Notes: a model not told the origin generated them from the letters alone. 64,000 nucleotides of DNA from Candidatus Moraniibacteriota bacterium (GCA_018061645.1 JAGOTT010000003.1:9326-73325), one strand, 5' to 3'. Shown: positions 9,287 through 19,440, numbered from the stretch's first letter. Made by a program: numbers and translations.

Positions 9287-10369
9287 ATGAGCCCGATCAT
9301 TCTTTTTCTTGGGGTAGCGCTCCTTGTTGTGGCGGCATATTTTTTCCTGAAGGACAGTCGCCGTCGCGCGGACGAGGATCGCCGGTTCCTTCTCGAGCGC
9401 ATGGAACACCTCGACAGCCGGATGAACCGCGACCTCCATGAGTTCTCCTCTTCGCTCGTGGGGCAGATCGGGTCGCTCAATACCGCGCTCGACCGACGGC
9501 TCGGCGACAGCACGAAACGTCTCGACGAGCGTCTCGACGGCGCCGCCAGGAGCTTTGCCGACGTGCAGCGTGCGCTTGCGGAGGTGCGGGAATCAAACCG
9601 GCAGATCTTCGAGGTCGGCAGGGAAGTCGCGTCGCTTCAGGAGATACTCAAGGCACCGAAACTCCGCGGCGGATTCGGCGAACTCATGCTCCAGGATCTC
9701 CTGTCGCAGATGCTTCCCGCCGAACATTTCGAGCTTCAGCACATGTTCAAGAGCGGCGAGGCGGTGGACGCGCTCATAAAGCTTCAGGGCGGAAACATAA
9801 GCGTCGACTCCAAATTCCCGCTCGAGAACTTCCGGCGTGTGGTCGAATCGAAGGGCGAGGAGGAACGCAAGCCTGCGCGCAAACAGTTCTTCATCGACGT
9901 GAAGAAACACGCCGACGCGATCGCCACGAAATACATCCTTCCGGAAGAGGGGACGCTCGGATTCGCGCTCATGTACATCCCGGCGGAGAACGTCTACTAC
10001 GAGATCATCATCAAGGACGAGGACGGAGTCGGTCTTTCGGAATATCTCTACAAGCGGAAAGTCATCCCGGTTTCCCCGAATTCCTTCTATTCGTATCTCC
10101 AGACGATCGCTATCGGGCTCTCCGGTATGCAGATCGAGAAGCGTGCCAAGGAGATCTTCGGTCAGCTCGAGCGTCTCGGCATCGAGCACGGGAAATTCCT
10201 CCGCGAATTCGAGCTTCTCGGGAATCATCTCGGAAACGCGCAGAAGAAGTTCGGCGACGCGGAAAAGCGGCTCGACAAGGTCGGCGAGCAGCTCGAACGC
10301 GTACGGACGAGTTCAAGTATCGAGGGAGCGTCGGAAACACCCGCCCTTCCTTCGGCCGATGAAGAATGA
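9287..10369 (+). CDS. rmuC: DNA recombination protein RmuC
   Basis: N-terminal TM, long coiled-coil, and the conserved RmuC C-terminal region ([14 protein letters not shown]..., [15 protein letters not shown]). Confidence 0.85.
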   Translation: MSPIILFLGVALLVVAAYFFLKDSRRRADEDRRFLLERMEHLDSRMNRDLHEFSSSLVGQIGSLNTALDRRLGDSTKRLDERLDGAARSFADVQRALAEVRESNRQIFEVGREVASLQEILKAPKLRGGFGELMLQDLLSQMLPAEHFELQHMFKSGEAVDALIKLQGGNISVDSKFPLENFRRVVESKGEEERKPARKQFFIDVKKHADAIATKYILPEEGTLGFALMYIPAENVYYEIIIKDEDGVGLSEYLYKRKVIPVSPNSFYSYLQTIAIGLSGMQIEKRAKEIFGQLERLGIEHGKFLREFELLGNHLGNAQKKFGDAEKRLDKVGEQLERVRTSSSIEGASETPALPSADEE

Positions 10370-10797
10370 TCCATATGGATTCCCCGGTTTCTTTTTTGGG
10401 AAGATTGAAGGCATTTCTGCCGAAGAGGCGGCCGTGGGATGCGGATGACGGGTATCCGTTCCTCGGGAATCCGCTCGTCCGTATCGTCATTTCGGTTTCG
10501 GTCACGGCGATACTTCTGTCCGTCGCCGCCGCTCATTTCTTCATTGTCCGGAGCGGAAGCGATACCATCGTGCTCCACTATAATTCGTATTTCGGTGTCG
10601 ATATCGTCGGCGTTCCCGGACAGTCGTTCTTCCTTCCGGCGGTGGCGGCCGTGTTCCTGCTTGCGAACGTGATTCTCGCGGCCCGGTTCTATGCCGGTCG
10701 CGAGCGTATCGCCGCGCACATGCTGCTCTTCGCCGCGCTCTTCGTTTCCGTCTCGTCCGGCATCGCGGTGGCTACGCTCTCATTCATCAATACCTGA
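10366..10797 (+). CDS. Small integral membrane protein, function unknown
   Basis: 4 predicted TM helices. Start overlaps the rmuC stop (ATGA). Confidence 0.55.
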   Translation: MIHMDSPVSFLGRLKAFLPKRRPWDADDGYPFLGNPLVRIVISVSVTAILLSVAAAHFFIVRSGSDTIVLHYNSYFGVDIVGVPGQSFFLPAVAAVFLLANVILAARFYAGRERIAAHMLLFAALFVSVSSGIAVATLSFINT

Positions 10798-10799
10798 GT

Positions 10800-12518
10800 A
10801 TGAACCCGAAGAAAGACGCCGCCGCCGCGGAGCCGTTCCCGTTCCCGGATCCGAAGACGACCGAAAAGCGATCCCGTTTCGCCCAGCGGACGCTCGAGGT
10901 GATTCCGGGAATCCTCACCTGGGCGACGATCGTCGGTATGTTCGCGGCGTCCTGGCTCGTGCCGGTGTGGGCATCCGTATTCGTCATCGTTTTCGATATC
11001 TACTGGATTTATCTGACGGTGTACGTCGCGTTCTTTTCCGCGCTTTCGTACGGGGATATCCGTCGCGGCCGAAAGACGAATTGGTGGGAGCGGGTCGTCC
11101 GCGTCCGCGATTTTGACCGGTACCGTCGCGAGATTCTCGACCGTGCGGCCTATATCCGCCGTGTCATGCGCGAGGAGCGGCTCACGTTCGGGCAGCGGCG
11201 TATCCTCCGTGGCGAGGTTCGCGGACTGCTTTCGTATGCCAAGGAGCTCGGCGCCCTCGAACCGATCAAGGACCGGATACTCGATTATCGCGACATCGTC
11301 CATGTCGTGCTCCTTCCGACGGCGAACGAAGGACCGGAAATCATCGAGCCCGCGATCCAGTCCATCGCCGCGTCGAGTTTTCCGAAGTCGCAGATCATCA
11401 TCCTGCTCGCCACCGAGGAACGCGAACCCGAGGAGGCGCGGATCCCGAAGGTGAAATATCTCGAGGAGCGATTCCGCGGCGTGTTCCGTGATTTCATCGT
11501 GACGACCCACGAGGTGGCGGCCGGCGAGATGAAATGCAAGGCGTCGAACGCCGGGTATGCGGCGCGGAAACTCATGGCCTATCTCGACGAGCGCGGCATC
11601 GACTACAAGAACGTCATCTTCTCGAACTTCGACTGCGACTCCGTCGTGCATCCGGAATACTTCTCTGCGCTCACCTATTTCTATATCACCGATCCGAAAC
11701 GGCTGCAGCGGGCGTACCAGCCGATCCCGATGTATCACAACAACCTCTGGGATACGAACGCGTTCGTCCGGGTCATGGTCACCGGGTCGTCGTTCTGGCA
11801 CATGTACCAGAGCACCCGCAAGGATATGGTCACCTTCTCGTCGCATTCCGAACCGTTCGATACGCTCGTCAAGGTCGGGTTCTGGCCGGTCAACATGATC
11901 AGCGAGGATTCCGTCATCTACTGGAAGGCGTTGTCGTATTTCCATGGCGATTACCGTGTCCAGCCGATTCCGCTCCCCATCTCGCTCGACGCGGTGCTCG
12001 CGGAGACGTACTGGAAGACCCTCAAGAACGAATACAAGCAGAAGCGCCGTTGGGCGTACGGGATCGAGAACTTTCCGGTCACGATGCGCGCCATCTGGCC
12101 GGATCCCATCATGTCGGTCTGGAAGAAGCTCCGTATCACCATCGAGATGCTCGAGGGACACTATTCCTGGGCGACGGCGCCACTCATCCTCGCCCTTCTC
12201 GGATGGCTCCCGCTTCTTCTCGGCGGACCGGAATTCAATGAGAGCGTGCTCGCGCACAATCTTCCGGTCGTGACCCGTATCCTCATGACGCTCGCGATGG
12301 GTGGGCTCATCATCTTCGTGTCCCTCTCGTTTCTCATGCTCCCGCCGCGTCCCGCGAAATACGGGCGGTGGCGGAACGTGCTCATGTTCGCGCAGTGGTT
12401 TCTCGCACCGTTCATCGCGCTCCTCGGGGCGTTTCCGGCAATCGACTCGCAGACACGTATCCTCACGAAGAACTATTTCGGCGAATTCTGGGTCACGGAG
12501 AAGATGAGGAAGAAATAA
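10800..12518 (+). CDS. Membrane-bound family-2 glycosyltransferase (cellulose-synthase-like GT2 with flanking TM helices)
   Basis: GT2 signatures: HVVLLPTANEGPEII, FSNFDCDSVVHPEYF (DxD), QxxRW-like KQKRRWAYG. N- and C-terminal TM clusters. Confidence 0.8.
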   Translation: MNPKKDAAAAEPFPFPDPKTTEKRSRFAQRTLEVIPGILTWATIVGMFAASWLVPVWASVFVIVFDIYWIYLTVYVAFFSALSYGDIRRGRKTNWWERVVRVRDFDRYRREILDRAAYIRRVMREERLTFGQRRILRGEVRGLLSYAKELGALEPIKDRILDYRDIVHVVLLPTANEGPEIIEPAIQSIAASSFPKSQIIILLATEEREPEEARIPKVKYLEERFRGVFRDFIVTTHEVAAGEMKCKASNAGYAARKLMAYLDERGIDYKNVIFSNFDCDSVVHPEYFSALTYFYITDPKRLQRAYQPIPMYHNNLWDTNAFVRVMVTGSSFWHMYQSTRKDMVTFSSHSEPFDTLVKVGFWPVNMISEDSVIYWKALSYFHGDYRVQPIPLPISLDAVLAETYWKTLKNEYKQKRRWAYGIENFPVTMRAIWPDPIMSVWKKLRITIEMLEGHYSWATAPLILALLGWLPLLLGGPEFNESVLAHNLPVVTRILMTLAMGGLIIFVSLSFLMLPPRPAKYGRWRNVLMFAQWFLAPFIALLGAFPAIDSQTRILTKNYFGEFWVTEKMRKK

Positions 12519-12650
12519 AAACACAAAACACGGTGCACAAAAAGCCAAACAAAACACAAGATACAAAAACCAAACGAAAGCCGGTTTGTGTTTTCTGTTT
12601 TTAAGGCTTTGTGCTTTGTTTGGATGTTTGTGTTTTGAGTCTTTGTGTTC
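12516..12650. repeat. 135-bp CA/GT-rich palindromic element, copy 2
   Basis: taaaaacacaaaacacggtgcacaaaaagccaaacaaaacacaag...ggtttgtgttttctgtttttaaggctttgtgctttgtttggatgtttgtgttttgag. Again runs from a stop codon TAA to the next ATG. Confidence 0.65.
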
Positions 12651-12651
12651 T

Positions 12652-13677
12652 ATGTCGGAAAAGTTTTTTCTTCCCTTCGCCCTCTCCTTTCTTCTCTCCG
12701 TCGCGCTGCTTGCGCTTGCGGTATTCCTGTCGGGGAAATTCCTGCCGAAGGTGCGCGCCGAGAAGGGTCGTTTCCATAAGCACGTCTCCCGGTTCGGCGG
12801 CATCGCGCTCGCGCTCGCTTTCATCGTGACGGTCGTCGTGAATCGGGATCTCTCCATCACGCCACAGCTCGTCGGGTTGCTCGTCGGTGTCATCCTCGTG
12901 CTGTTCATCGGATCCTGGGATGACCTCGTGCCGCTCCCGTGGATCGCGCAGCTCCTGTTCCAGACGGCGCTCGGCGCGCTCATCTTCCTGTTCGGCATGC
13001 GCGCCTGGGTGGTCACGAATCCCTTCGGCGAGCCGATTTTTCTCCGTCCGGAGGAGTGGGCGCTTCCGAGTCTTCTTATCGGGATTCTCTGGACGGTGCT
13101 CGTCATGAATGCCGTGAACTGGGCCGACGGCGTCGATGGGCTTCTCGGCGGCATCGCGACTGTCGCCTTCGTCTCGATCCTGCTCGTCGCGCTCCGTCCC
13201 GACGTGAACCAGCCGGCGGTCGCCATCCTGTCGGCGATCTGCGTCGGAATTTCGGTCGGATTCCTCCTCTTCAACATGCCGCCGGCGCGTATCATCGCCG
13301 GAACGACAGGCGCATTCCTTGTCGGATTCCTTGTCGCCGCACTGTCGCTCTTCGCGGGTGCCAAGATAGCGACCGCGCTCCTCGTTCTGTCGGTGCCGGT
13401 GCTCGATGCGCTTTTCGTCATCCGGGAACGGATCCGCGCAGGAGTGTCGCCGTTTCGCGGCGGTGACGCTCGGCATCTTCACGACAAACTCCGCGAAGTC
13501 GGTTGGTCCGACCGGCGTATCGCGCTCTCGTACGCGGCCGTCTCCGCGGTCGCGGCTCTGGCGGCGCTCTCCCTGCCGGCGCTCGGAAAACTTTTTTCCC
13601 TGATCGCCCTCTCGCTCGCCTTCGTGTTCTTCGCCGCTTCGGTGGAACGGAAGCTCGGGAACCATTCGGATGTATAA
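12652..13677 (+). CDS. Polyprenyl-phosphate sugar-1-phosphate transferase (MraY/WecA family, GT4)
   Basis: 10 or more TM helices. NAVNWADGVDGLLGG signature of the MraY/WecA family. ATG at 12652 (track starts at 12586 with non-native leader). Confidence 0.8.
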   Translation: MSEKFFLPFALSFLLSVALLALAVFLSGKFLPKVRAEKGRFHKHVSRFGGIALALAFIVTVVVNRDLSITPQLVGLLVGVILVLFIGSWDDLVPLPWIAQLLFQTALGALIFLFGMRAWVVTNPFGEPIFLRPEEWALPSLLIGILWTVLVMNAVNWADGVDGLLGGIATVAFVSILLVALRPDVNQPAVAILSAICVGISVGFLLFNMPPARIIAGTTGAFLVGFLVAALSLFAGAKIATALLVLSVPVLDALFVIRERIRAGVSPFRGGDARHLHDKLREVGWSDRRIALSYAAVSAVAALAALSLPALGKLFSLIALSLAFVFFAASVERKLGNHSDV

Positions 13678-13689
13678 GAAGACAAGAAT

Positions 13690-14139
13690 ATGATTTGGGA
13701 TGCGAACAAGACGTATGCGCTACTGCTCTTCCCGCTTGTCGTCGGGATCGGGATTTTTTTCTTCCTGAAGCAGGAGAAAACCGTTCCGGAAACGGTCGTC
13801 CGGATCGGGGATCGTGAGTGGCGGACGGAAACGGTCTTCACTCCCGAGTCGCGCGCAAAGGGACTTTCGGATCGCGACACACTTTGTCCGGATTGCGCGA
13901 TGCTTTTTCGGTTCGGCGCCGAGGGGACGCATGGCTTCTGGATGAAGGATATGCGGTTTCCGATCGATATCGCCTGGATCAGGGATGGGAGAATCGTCCA
14001 TGTCGAACGTCACGTCCCGGCGGATTTCAAGGGCGTTATGACGCCACCGATCCCGGCGGATACCGTGCTTGAAACGAATGCGGGCAATCTTGACGATATC
14101 ACGACCGGTGCCGAGGTGGTCGTTCAGGAGAACTTATGA
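13690..14139 (+). CDS. DUF192-family protein
   Basis: N-terminal TM, DUF192 pattern (PIDIAWI...V..I). Confidence 0.7.
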   Translation: MIWDANKTYALLLFPLVVGIGIFFFLKQEKTVPETVVRIGDREWRTETVFTPESRAKGLSDRDTLCPDCAMLFRFGAEGTHGFWMKDMRFPIDIAWIRDGRIVHVERHVPADFKGVMTPPIPADTVLETNAGNLDDITTGAEVVVQENL

Positions 14140-14390
14140 AAATATTTTCCGAGCGGGTCCGGGACGAAGTTCGGAAGATCCCGAAAGGGAAGACCGCCAC
14201 TTATGCGGAGATCGCGGCGCGGGTCGGGAGTCCCGGCGCTTCGCGCGCGGTCGGCTCCGTCCTGCGGAAAAACTTCGATCCGGAAGTCCCGTGTCACCGG
14301 GTGATCCGGAGCGATGGGAGTCTTGGGCGATACAATCGCGGCGACGCCGAAAAGGAGCGTCTCCTCCGTGAGGAGGGAACGATACGGTGA
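14136..14390 (+). CDS. Minimal methylated-DNA-protein-cysteine methyltransferase (Ogt/MGMT C-terminal DNA-binding domain only, active-site PCHR retained)
   Basis: KTATYAEIAARVGSPGASRAVGSVLRKN...PCHRVIRSDGSLG. 84 aa only; overlaps the DUF192 stop. Confidence 0.7.
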   Translation: MKIFSERVRDEVRKIPKGKTATYAEIAARVGSPGASRAVGSVLRKNFDPEVPCHRVIRSDGSLGRYNRGDAEKERLLREEGTIR

Positions 14391-14405
14391 CGGATATGTA
14401 CCTTG

Positions 14406-14424
14406 TTACGTAACCGGTTACGTA
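14406..14424. promoter_or_regulatory. TTACGTAAC-CG-GTTACGTA dyad palindrome (member of a 7-site family)
   Basis: Perfect palindrome tacgtaaccggttacgta, 60 bp upstream of ATG 14485. Confidence 0.5.
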
Positions 14425-14484
14425 CTTTGTCCCAGCCGCACGGGATGATATACTGGAAAACCGCTAATCATTCTCAAAAAACAT

Positions 14485-14865
14485 ATGAAGGCATTGCTCG
14501 GACTCGCGGTGGCGATAGTGCTCGTCGGCGCAGGATGGTTTCTGTTCCGGGGGGTGACACCGGAGAAGACCATGGCGCCGACTGTCGGACAGGAATCCGC
14601 GTCGACCGGTTCCGTTCCCTCGGAAAAGAAAGTCTATACCATGGGAGAAGTCGCGACCCATAAGGATGCGACGGGTTGTCTCACCGTCATCCGCGGCACG
14701 GTCTACGATGTGACGGCGTTCATCGACAAACATCCGGGTGGCGACAAGAATATCCTCCGGCTCTGCGGTCTCGACGGTACCGCGTCGTTCGAAAAGAAAC
14801 ATGGCGGCCAGGAGAAACCGGAAAACGCACTCAAAGGATTCGATGTCGGTACGCTTGCACAGTAG
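14485..14865 (+). CDS. Cytochrome b5-like heme-binding domain protein, membrane-anchored
   Basis: N-terminal TM plus HPGG heme-ligand motif (FIDKHPGGDKNILRLCGLD...FEKKH). Confidence 0.75.
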   Translation: MKALLGLAVAIVLVGAGWFLFRGVTPEKTMAPTVGQESASTGSVPSEKKVYTMGEVATHKDATGCLTVIRGTVYDVTAFIDKHPGGDKNILRLCGLDGTASFEKKHGGQEKPENALKGFDVGTLAQ

Positions 14866-14900
14866 GTGTATACTGTCGGTGTAATCAGTAAACAAATCGT

Positions 14901-16070
14901 ATGGATACAAGTTCCCTGTCGCAGTATGTCGTGGAACGCGTGAAAGAGGGTGTCACGAAGGCGGAAATAAAGGAGGAGCTTCTCGCGGTCGGTTGGTCGG
15001 AAGAGGAGGCGGACGCGGCGTATCGCGACGGCGTCATCGCGCTTGGCGTTCCCGTTCCGAGCGAAGGGAACCGCCCGACGCTTTCCCGGAAATCCTCGAC
15101 CGCCGATGTCGTGATCAATTTCTTCTCGTTCATCCTGCTCGGTATTGTGGCGACTGCGCTCGGAACGCTCTATTTCGGCATCATCAGCAAGGCGTTCCCG
15201 GATCCGCTCTCCGGTATGGGGTACTACGGCGAGTCGGCCGCGATGAGTTCGATCCACTATTCCATCGCAGCACTCCTCATCGGGTTCCCGCTTTACTACG
15301 CCGCGATGCGCATCTGGTTCCGCAAATTCCGCGAGGACGAAGGCCGGACCGAATCCAAGCTTTCCAAGTGGCTCACGTATCTCGTGCTCCTGGCCGCATC
15401 GGTCACCATCGTCGGCGATCTCATCACCGTCGTCTTCACCTTCCTCCAAGGCGAGATCACCGCACGGTTCTTTCTCAAGGCGTTCACGATCCTGTGTATC
15501 GCCGGCATCATCTTCGGGTTCTACTTCCTCGAACGCAGGAAGATCCAGTACCGGAAGGATATCCCGCGGACGGTGTTCCGGAATTTCGGAATCGCGGTCG
15601 CGACGGTGGTCGCGCTCGGCATCATCCTCGGGTTCTTCGCAGGCGGTTCCCCCGAAACCGCGCGGAAGCGGTCGTTCGATATGCAGCGCGTGAACGACCT
15701 CTCCTCGCTTTCGACCTGTATCGAAAGCTATGCGACCGATCTCGGACAGCTTCCGGGATCGCTTTCGGAACTCGAGCAGTCGAGCATGTATTCGTACTGC
15801 GCGGATTCGATGCTGGATCCGGAAACGGGCGCGGAGTACGGGTACCGTATCATCACGCCGCAGCGGTTGCAGGGGGCGGCGCGTGTCGGGGAGTTCGAAC
15901 TCTGCGCGACCTTTGCGCTTCCGTCGTCCGATTCCGACCGGTCGCCTTACGGCGGTGATGTCTGGAGCAAGCACGGCGCCGGTCGCCAGTGCGACACGGT
16001 CACTGCGCAGCTCGGGACGATCGCTCCGACCATGCCGCAGGGCGGCGTGCCGTTTCCTTCGGTCAAATAA
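14901..16070 (+). CDS. Integral membrane protein (DUF5671-like N-terminal region), function unknown
   Basis: Multiple TM helices, C-terminal soluble Cys-containing region. Confidence 0.55.
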   Translation: MDTSSLSQYVVERVKEGVTKAEIKEELLAVGWSEEEADAAYRDGVIALGVPVPSEGNRPTLSRKSSTADVVINFFSFILLGIVATALGTLYFGIISKAFPDPLSGMGYYGESAAMSSIHYSIAALLIGFPLYYAAMRIWFRKFREDEGRTESKLSKWLTYLVLLAASVTIVGDLITVVFTFLQGEITARFFLKAFTILCIAGIIFGFYFLERRKIQYRKDIPRTVFRNFGIAVATVVALGIILGFFAGGSPETARKRSFDMQRVNDLSSLSTCIESYATDLGQLPGSLSELEQSSMYSYCADSMLDPETGAEYGYRIITPQRLQGAARVGEFELCATFALPSSDSDRSPYGGDVWSKHGAGRQCDTVTAQLGTIAPTMPQGGVPFPSVK

Positions 16071-16092
16071 GCGGTAGCCTGGAACAAAGAAA

Positions 16093-16131
16093 AAGCCCGC
16101 CTCCATTCGTGGGGCGGGCTTCGTTTTTTTT
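16093..16131. terminator. Bidirectional terminator between convergent genes
   Basis: AAGCCCGCC-tccattcgtgg-GGCGGGCTT followed by TTTTTTTT. Confidence 0.6.
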
Positions 16132-16598
16132 CAGCGGCGGGCGTATCCGGCGGGAACGAGCAGTCGTTTCTCTTCGGCATACTCCCATCGTGCGAGTTCC
16201 GGATTGAGTCCGTCGCCGAAAGCCGCGCGGAGCAGTCCTGTCGTCTGTGAGACGGTGGCATATGACGGGCCGATGTCGCCGCCGATCACCGGATGGTACC
16301 GGACCGGACCTCCGGAGTATTCCCGGCAGATGATCTCGTAGAGGAGCGTGTCGAGGACGATGAGTCGGAACAGTTGTTCCACCTGCCCTCGGAACATGAG
16401 GAGGCTCGTGTTTTCCGGAAGCGTGAACGCCACGGCGAGCCACTGGTGGCACCCTTCGGCGATTTCGCCGATGCGCGCTTCGCTGTAGGCGATATGCTCC
16501 GCCACTCCCGACTTCAGGATATTCCGCATGCCCTCCTCATGGGCGATGCGCATGCTCACGTCTTTGGGAGTGAGTTTCATCCGTTCGTAAACGTCCAT
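16131..16598 (-). CDS. Hypothetical protein
   Basis: ORF on the - strand. Start set at MDVYERMKL (track ORF extends to 16661). No recognised motifs. Confidence 0.45.
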   Translation of the reverse strand: MDVYERMKLTPKDVSMRIAHEEGMRNILKSGVAEHIAYSEARIGEIAEGCHQWLAVAFTLPENTSLLMFRGQVEQLFRLIVLDTLLYEIICREYSGGPVRYHPVIGGDIGPSYATVSQTTGLLRAAFGDGLNPELARWEYAEEKRLLVPAGYARR

Positions 16599-16683
16599 TT
16601 CCGCTCTCCTTCGCGTCAAAGTACAGTGTCTCTTTATAGCCTTGGAAAGGCTTCCTGTCAATCCTTTCGGAGATGAACCGTGG

Positions 16684-16689
16684 TATAAT
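16684..16689 (+). promoter_or_regulatory. TGgTATAAT extended -10 upstream of the CrtI-like gene
   Basis: tggTATAATcggg lies 35 bp upstream of ATG 16724. Confidence 0.4.
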
Positions 16690-16723
16690 CGGGATATCGT
16701 TGAACCATAACGGACGGAATCAT

Positions 16724-18211
16724 ATGGACGGAGAAAAGAAGCGCGTCATCGTCATCGGAGCCGGTCCCGGGGGACTTTCCGCCGCGATGATTCTCGCACA
16801 CCGCGGCTACGAGGTGACGGTCTATGAGAAACAGCCTCACATCGGCGGACGGACGTCGTGCCTTCGGGTCGGTGATTTCCGTTTCGAACTCGGTCCGACC
16901 TTCGTCATGCTTCCGCAGATCTTCGAGGAAGTCTTCGCGCTCTCCGGAAAGAAATTCTCCGACTATGTGGAGTGGACGCAGCTCGAGACGATGTACCGCC
17001 TCCGGTACGGGGACGGTCGTGACTTCCGCGTTTTCTTCGACAAGGACAAGCTCCGCGAGGAGATCGCCCGGGTCTTTCCCGGGGACGAGGCGGGATATGA
17101 CCGGTACCTCGTCGCGCAGAAGAAGAAATTCGACCTCATGTACCCGTGCCTCAAGGTGCCGTATCACCGGTGGTACCACTATCTCCGGTGGAAGCTCCTC
17201 AAGGCGTTCCCGTACATGGACAACTTCTCCTCCGTCCACGACGTCCTGGGCCGATACTTCTCCCATGAGGATATGAAGATCTCCATGAGCTTCCAGTCCA
17301 AGTATCTCGGGATGTCGCCCTGGTCGTGTCCCGGTGCCTTCACCATCCTCTCTTATGTCGAGCACGCCTTCGGCATCTATCATCCCAAGGGCGGCGTCCA
17401 TAAGATCCCCGAAGCGATGGCGAGAGTCGCGGAGGAGAACGGCGCCAAAATCGTCCTTGGCAAAGGGGTTTCCAAGGTGCTTGTCGAGGACGGTCGCGCC
17501 AAGGGGGTCGTCTTCGCGGACGGCAGTACCGACCGCGCGGATTTCGTCGTCATGAACGCGGATTTCGCCAAAGGTATGACCGACCTCGTTCCGGAGGAAC
17601 GTCGCTCCCGATGGAACGACAGGAGCCTCGCGAAACGCCCGTACTCGTGTTCCACCTTCATGCTCTACCTCGGGCTCGGGAAAAAATACGACATCCCGCA
17701 CCACAACATCGTCTTCGCGGAGGACTACCGCAAGAACGTGGAGCAGATCTTCGAGTCCGGAACGCTTCCGGGCGACCCGTCCATCTACATCCAGAACGCG
17801 TCCGTGACCGACCCGTCGCTCGCTCCGGAGGGTAAGTCGACGATCTACGTCCTCGTGCCGGTGCCGAACCTCGACACCCCCATAGACTGGGAAAAGGAGA
17901 AGCAATCCTATCGCGACCTTGTCATCAAAAAGATCGCCGAAAAGACCGAACTTTCCGATATCGCCGAACACATCGAAGCGGAGCGCATCATCACGCCCGC
18001 CGACTGGGACCGCGACGCGGACGTCTACAAGGGTGCCGTCTTCAACCTCGCGCATACCCTGGGGCAGATGCTCTATCTCCGCCCGCACAACCGCTTCGAG
18101 GAACTCCCGGGACTCTACCTCGTCGGCGGCGGGACGCATCCGGGGAGCGGACTCCCCACCATCCTCGAGTCGGGGAGAATCGCCGCGGATCTCATCGCCG
18201 AGGAACGTTGA
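16724..18211 (+). CDS. Phytoene desaturase (CrtI) family FAD-dependent oxidoreductase
   Basis: VIVIGAGPGGLSAA dinucleotide-binding motif. CrtI-family architecture and C-terminal LVGGGTHPGSGLP. Confidence 0.8.
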   Translation: MDGEKKRVIVIGAGPGGLSAAMILAHRGYEVTVYEKQPHIGGRTSCLRVGDFRFELGPTFVMLPQIFEEVFALSGKKFSDYVEWTQLETMYRLRYGDGRDFRVFFDKDKLREEIARVFPGDEAGYDRYLVAQKKKFDLMYPCLKVPYHRWYHYLRWKLLKAFPYMDNFSSVHDVLGRYFSHEDMKISMSFQSKYLGMSPWSCPGAFTILSYVEHAFGIYHPKGGVHKIPEAMARVAEENGAKIVLGKGVSKVLVEDGRAKGVVFADGSTDRADFVVMNADFAKGMTDLVPEERRSRWNDRSLAKRPYSCSTFMLYLGLGKKYDIPHHNIVFAEDYRKNVEQIFESGTLPGDPSIYIQNASVTDPSLAPEGKSTIYVLVPVPNLDTPIDWEKEKQSYRDLVIKKIAEKTELSDIAEHIEAERIITPADWDRDADVYKGAVFNLAHTLGQMLYLRPHNRFEELPGLYLVGGGTHPGSGLPTILESGRIAADLIAEER

Positions 18212-18215
18212 TCCC

Positions 18216-19424
18216 ATGAATACCTTCCAATCGCTTCGGCTCATCCACGAGCTCTACTTCAAGAAAGGGTTGCCGGATCTCGATCTCATCCAATCGTACG
18301 GACTGCTCGCGGTCAAGATAGGACAGCTTCACGCGCTGCGGCTCGACTTCCTCCCCGCGGAGAAATGCGAACACCTCGCGCAGCTCTACCGCGCCGCCTC
18401 GCCGATCCCGGCCGAGGATATCGACACGCTGCTTTCGGCGCACGGCGGACCGGAGTTCCGCAAGCGGTTCTCGTCCATCGACCGTGACCCCATCGCCGTC
18501 GCCTCGGTCGGCCAGGTCTACCGCGCGACGCTTTCCGACGGGACGCCCGTCGCGATCAAGGTGATCAAAAAGGACTTCAAGGAACGGTTCTCGCGCGACG
18601 TGGCGAAACTCCGCCGATTCTTCCGGCTCGTCATCGCGCTCTACCCGCGGCTTCGCGGCGTCGGCGATCCGCTCGGGATCCTTGGTGATATCGAGGAATA
18701 CACGACCGCCGAACTCGACCTGCGAAACGAAATGCGCGGGCAGGCCGTCCTGCGCGAGCTTCGCGACCGTCACAAGGAGTCGTTCGACCTCTCGCTCCTC
18801 GGGTTTCCGAAGATATACCCGGAGCTTTCCGGCGAAAACGTCCTCGTCTCGGAATTCATCGAGGCGCCCACCGTCGACGAACTCCTGTCACGGGGCGCCT
18901 TCACGTACGATGACATGCTCGAGCTCTTCTATCTCCAGGGCTTCTTCATGTTCAAGGCGGGAAAGTTCCACGGGGACTTCCATCCGGGCAACATCATGTA
19001 TGACGGGAAGCGGTTCTTCCTCGTCGACACCGCATTCGTGGGCGAAGTGGGCGACCGCATCCGTCGGGGACTCTTTTTCTTCTTCGAGGCGCTCACCCGG
19101 TCCGACTCTCCGAACTGCGCGAAATTCCTCAACGAGATGGCCGATGCCCGGATCGAAGGCGAGGCCTTCGCCACATTCGAACGCGCCTTCATCGACCTGT
19201 ACCGCGACTTCGGCGGAAAGACGGTCTCGGAAGTGTCCCTCACCCGTCAGATGATGCTTACCATCAAGCTCGGGGTAAACTCCGGCATGGTCTTCGAGAA
19301 GGGGATCTTCGCGATCATCCGGAGCCTCATGTATCTCGACGGCATGGTGCTCAAATGCAACCCGGACGCCGTCCTGATGAACGACATGCGGAAATTCGTC
19401 ACGCGGTTCGAGCACGACGTCTGA
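18216..19424 (+). CDS. ABC1/UbiB-family atypical kinase
   Basis: ADCK/UbiB motifs: IASVGQVYRATL, AIKVIKKD, HGDFHPGNIMYD. ATG at 18216 lies 4 nt after the CrtI-like stop, so the two genes are likely co-transcribed. Confidence 0.8.
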   Translation: MNTFQSLRLIHELYFKKGLPDLDLIQSYGLLAVKIGQLHALRLDFLPAEKCEHLAQLYRAASPIPAEDIDTLLSAHGGPEFRKRFSSIDRDPIAVASVGQVYRATLSDGTPVAIKVIKKDFKERFSRDVAKLRRFFRLVIALYPRLRGVGDPLGILGDIEEYTTAELDLRNEMRGQAVLRELRDRHKESFDLSLLGFPKIYPELSGENVLVSEFIEAPTVDELLSRGAFTYDDMLELFYLQGFFMFKAGKFHGDFHPGNIMYDGKRFFLVDTAFVGEVGDRIRRGLFFFFEALTRSDSPNCAKFLNEMADARIEGEAFATFERAFIDLYRDFGGKTVSEVSLTRQMMLTIKLGVNSGMVFEKGIFAIIRSLMYLDGMVLKCNPDAVLMNDMRKFVTRFEHDV

Positions 19425-19440
19425 ATTCTCCGTGGTCGGA

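Noticed and set aside
9144-12650. Interpreting the repeated 135-bp elements or the palindromes as CRISPR repeats
   Set aside because: Only two or three copies, kilobases apart, no regular repeat-spacer periodicity.
10689-13421. 910-aa ORF on the - strand spanning the GT2 and MraY-like genes
   Set aside because: Low-complexity Arg/Glu/Asp-rich translation typical of antisense frames in high-GC DNA. The + strand genes carry clear family motifs and TM structure.
16658-18244. 528-aa - strand ORF opposite the CrtI-like gene
   Set aside because: No motifs. The + strand has a GxGxxG FAD-binding fold.
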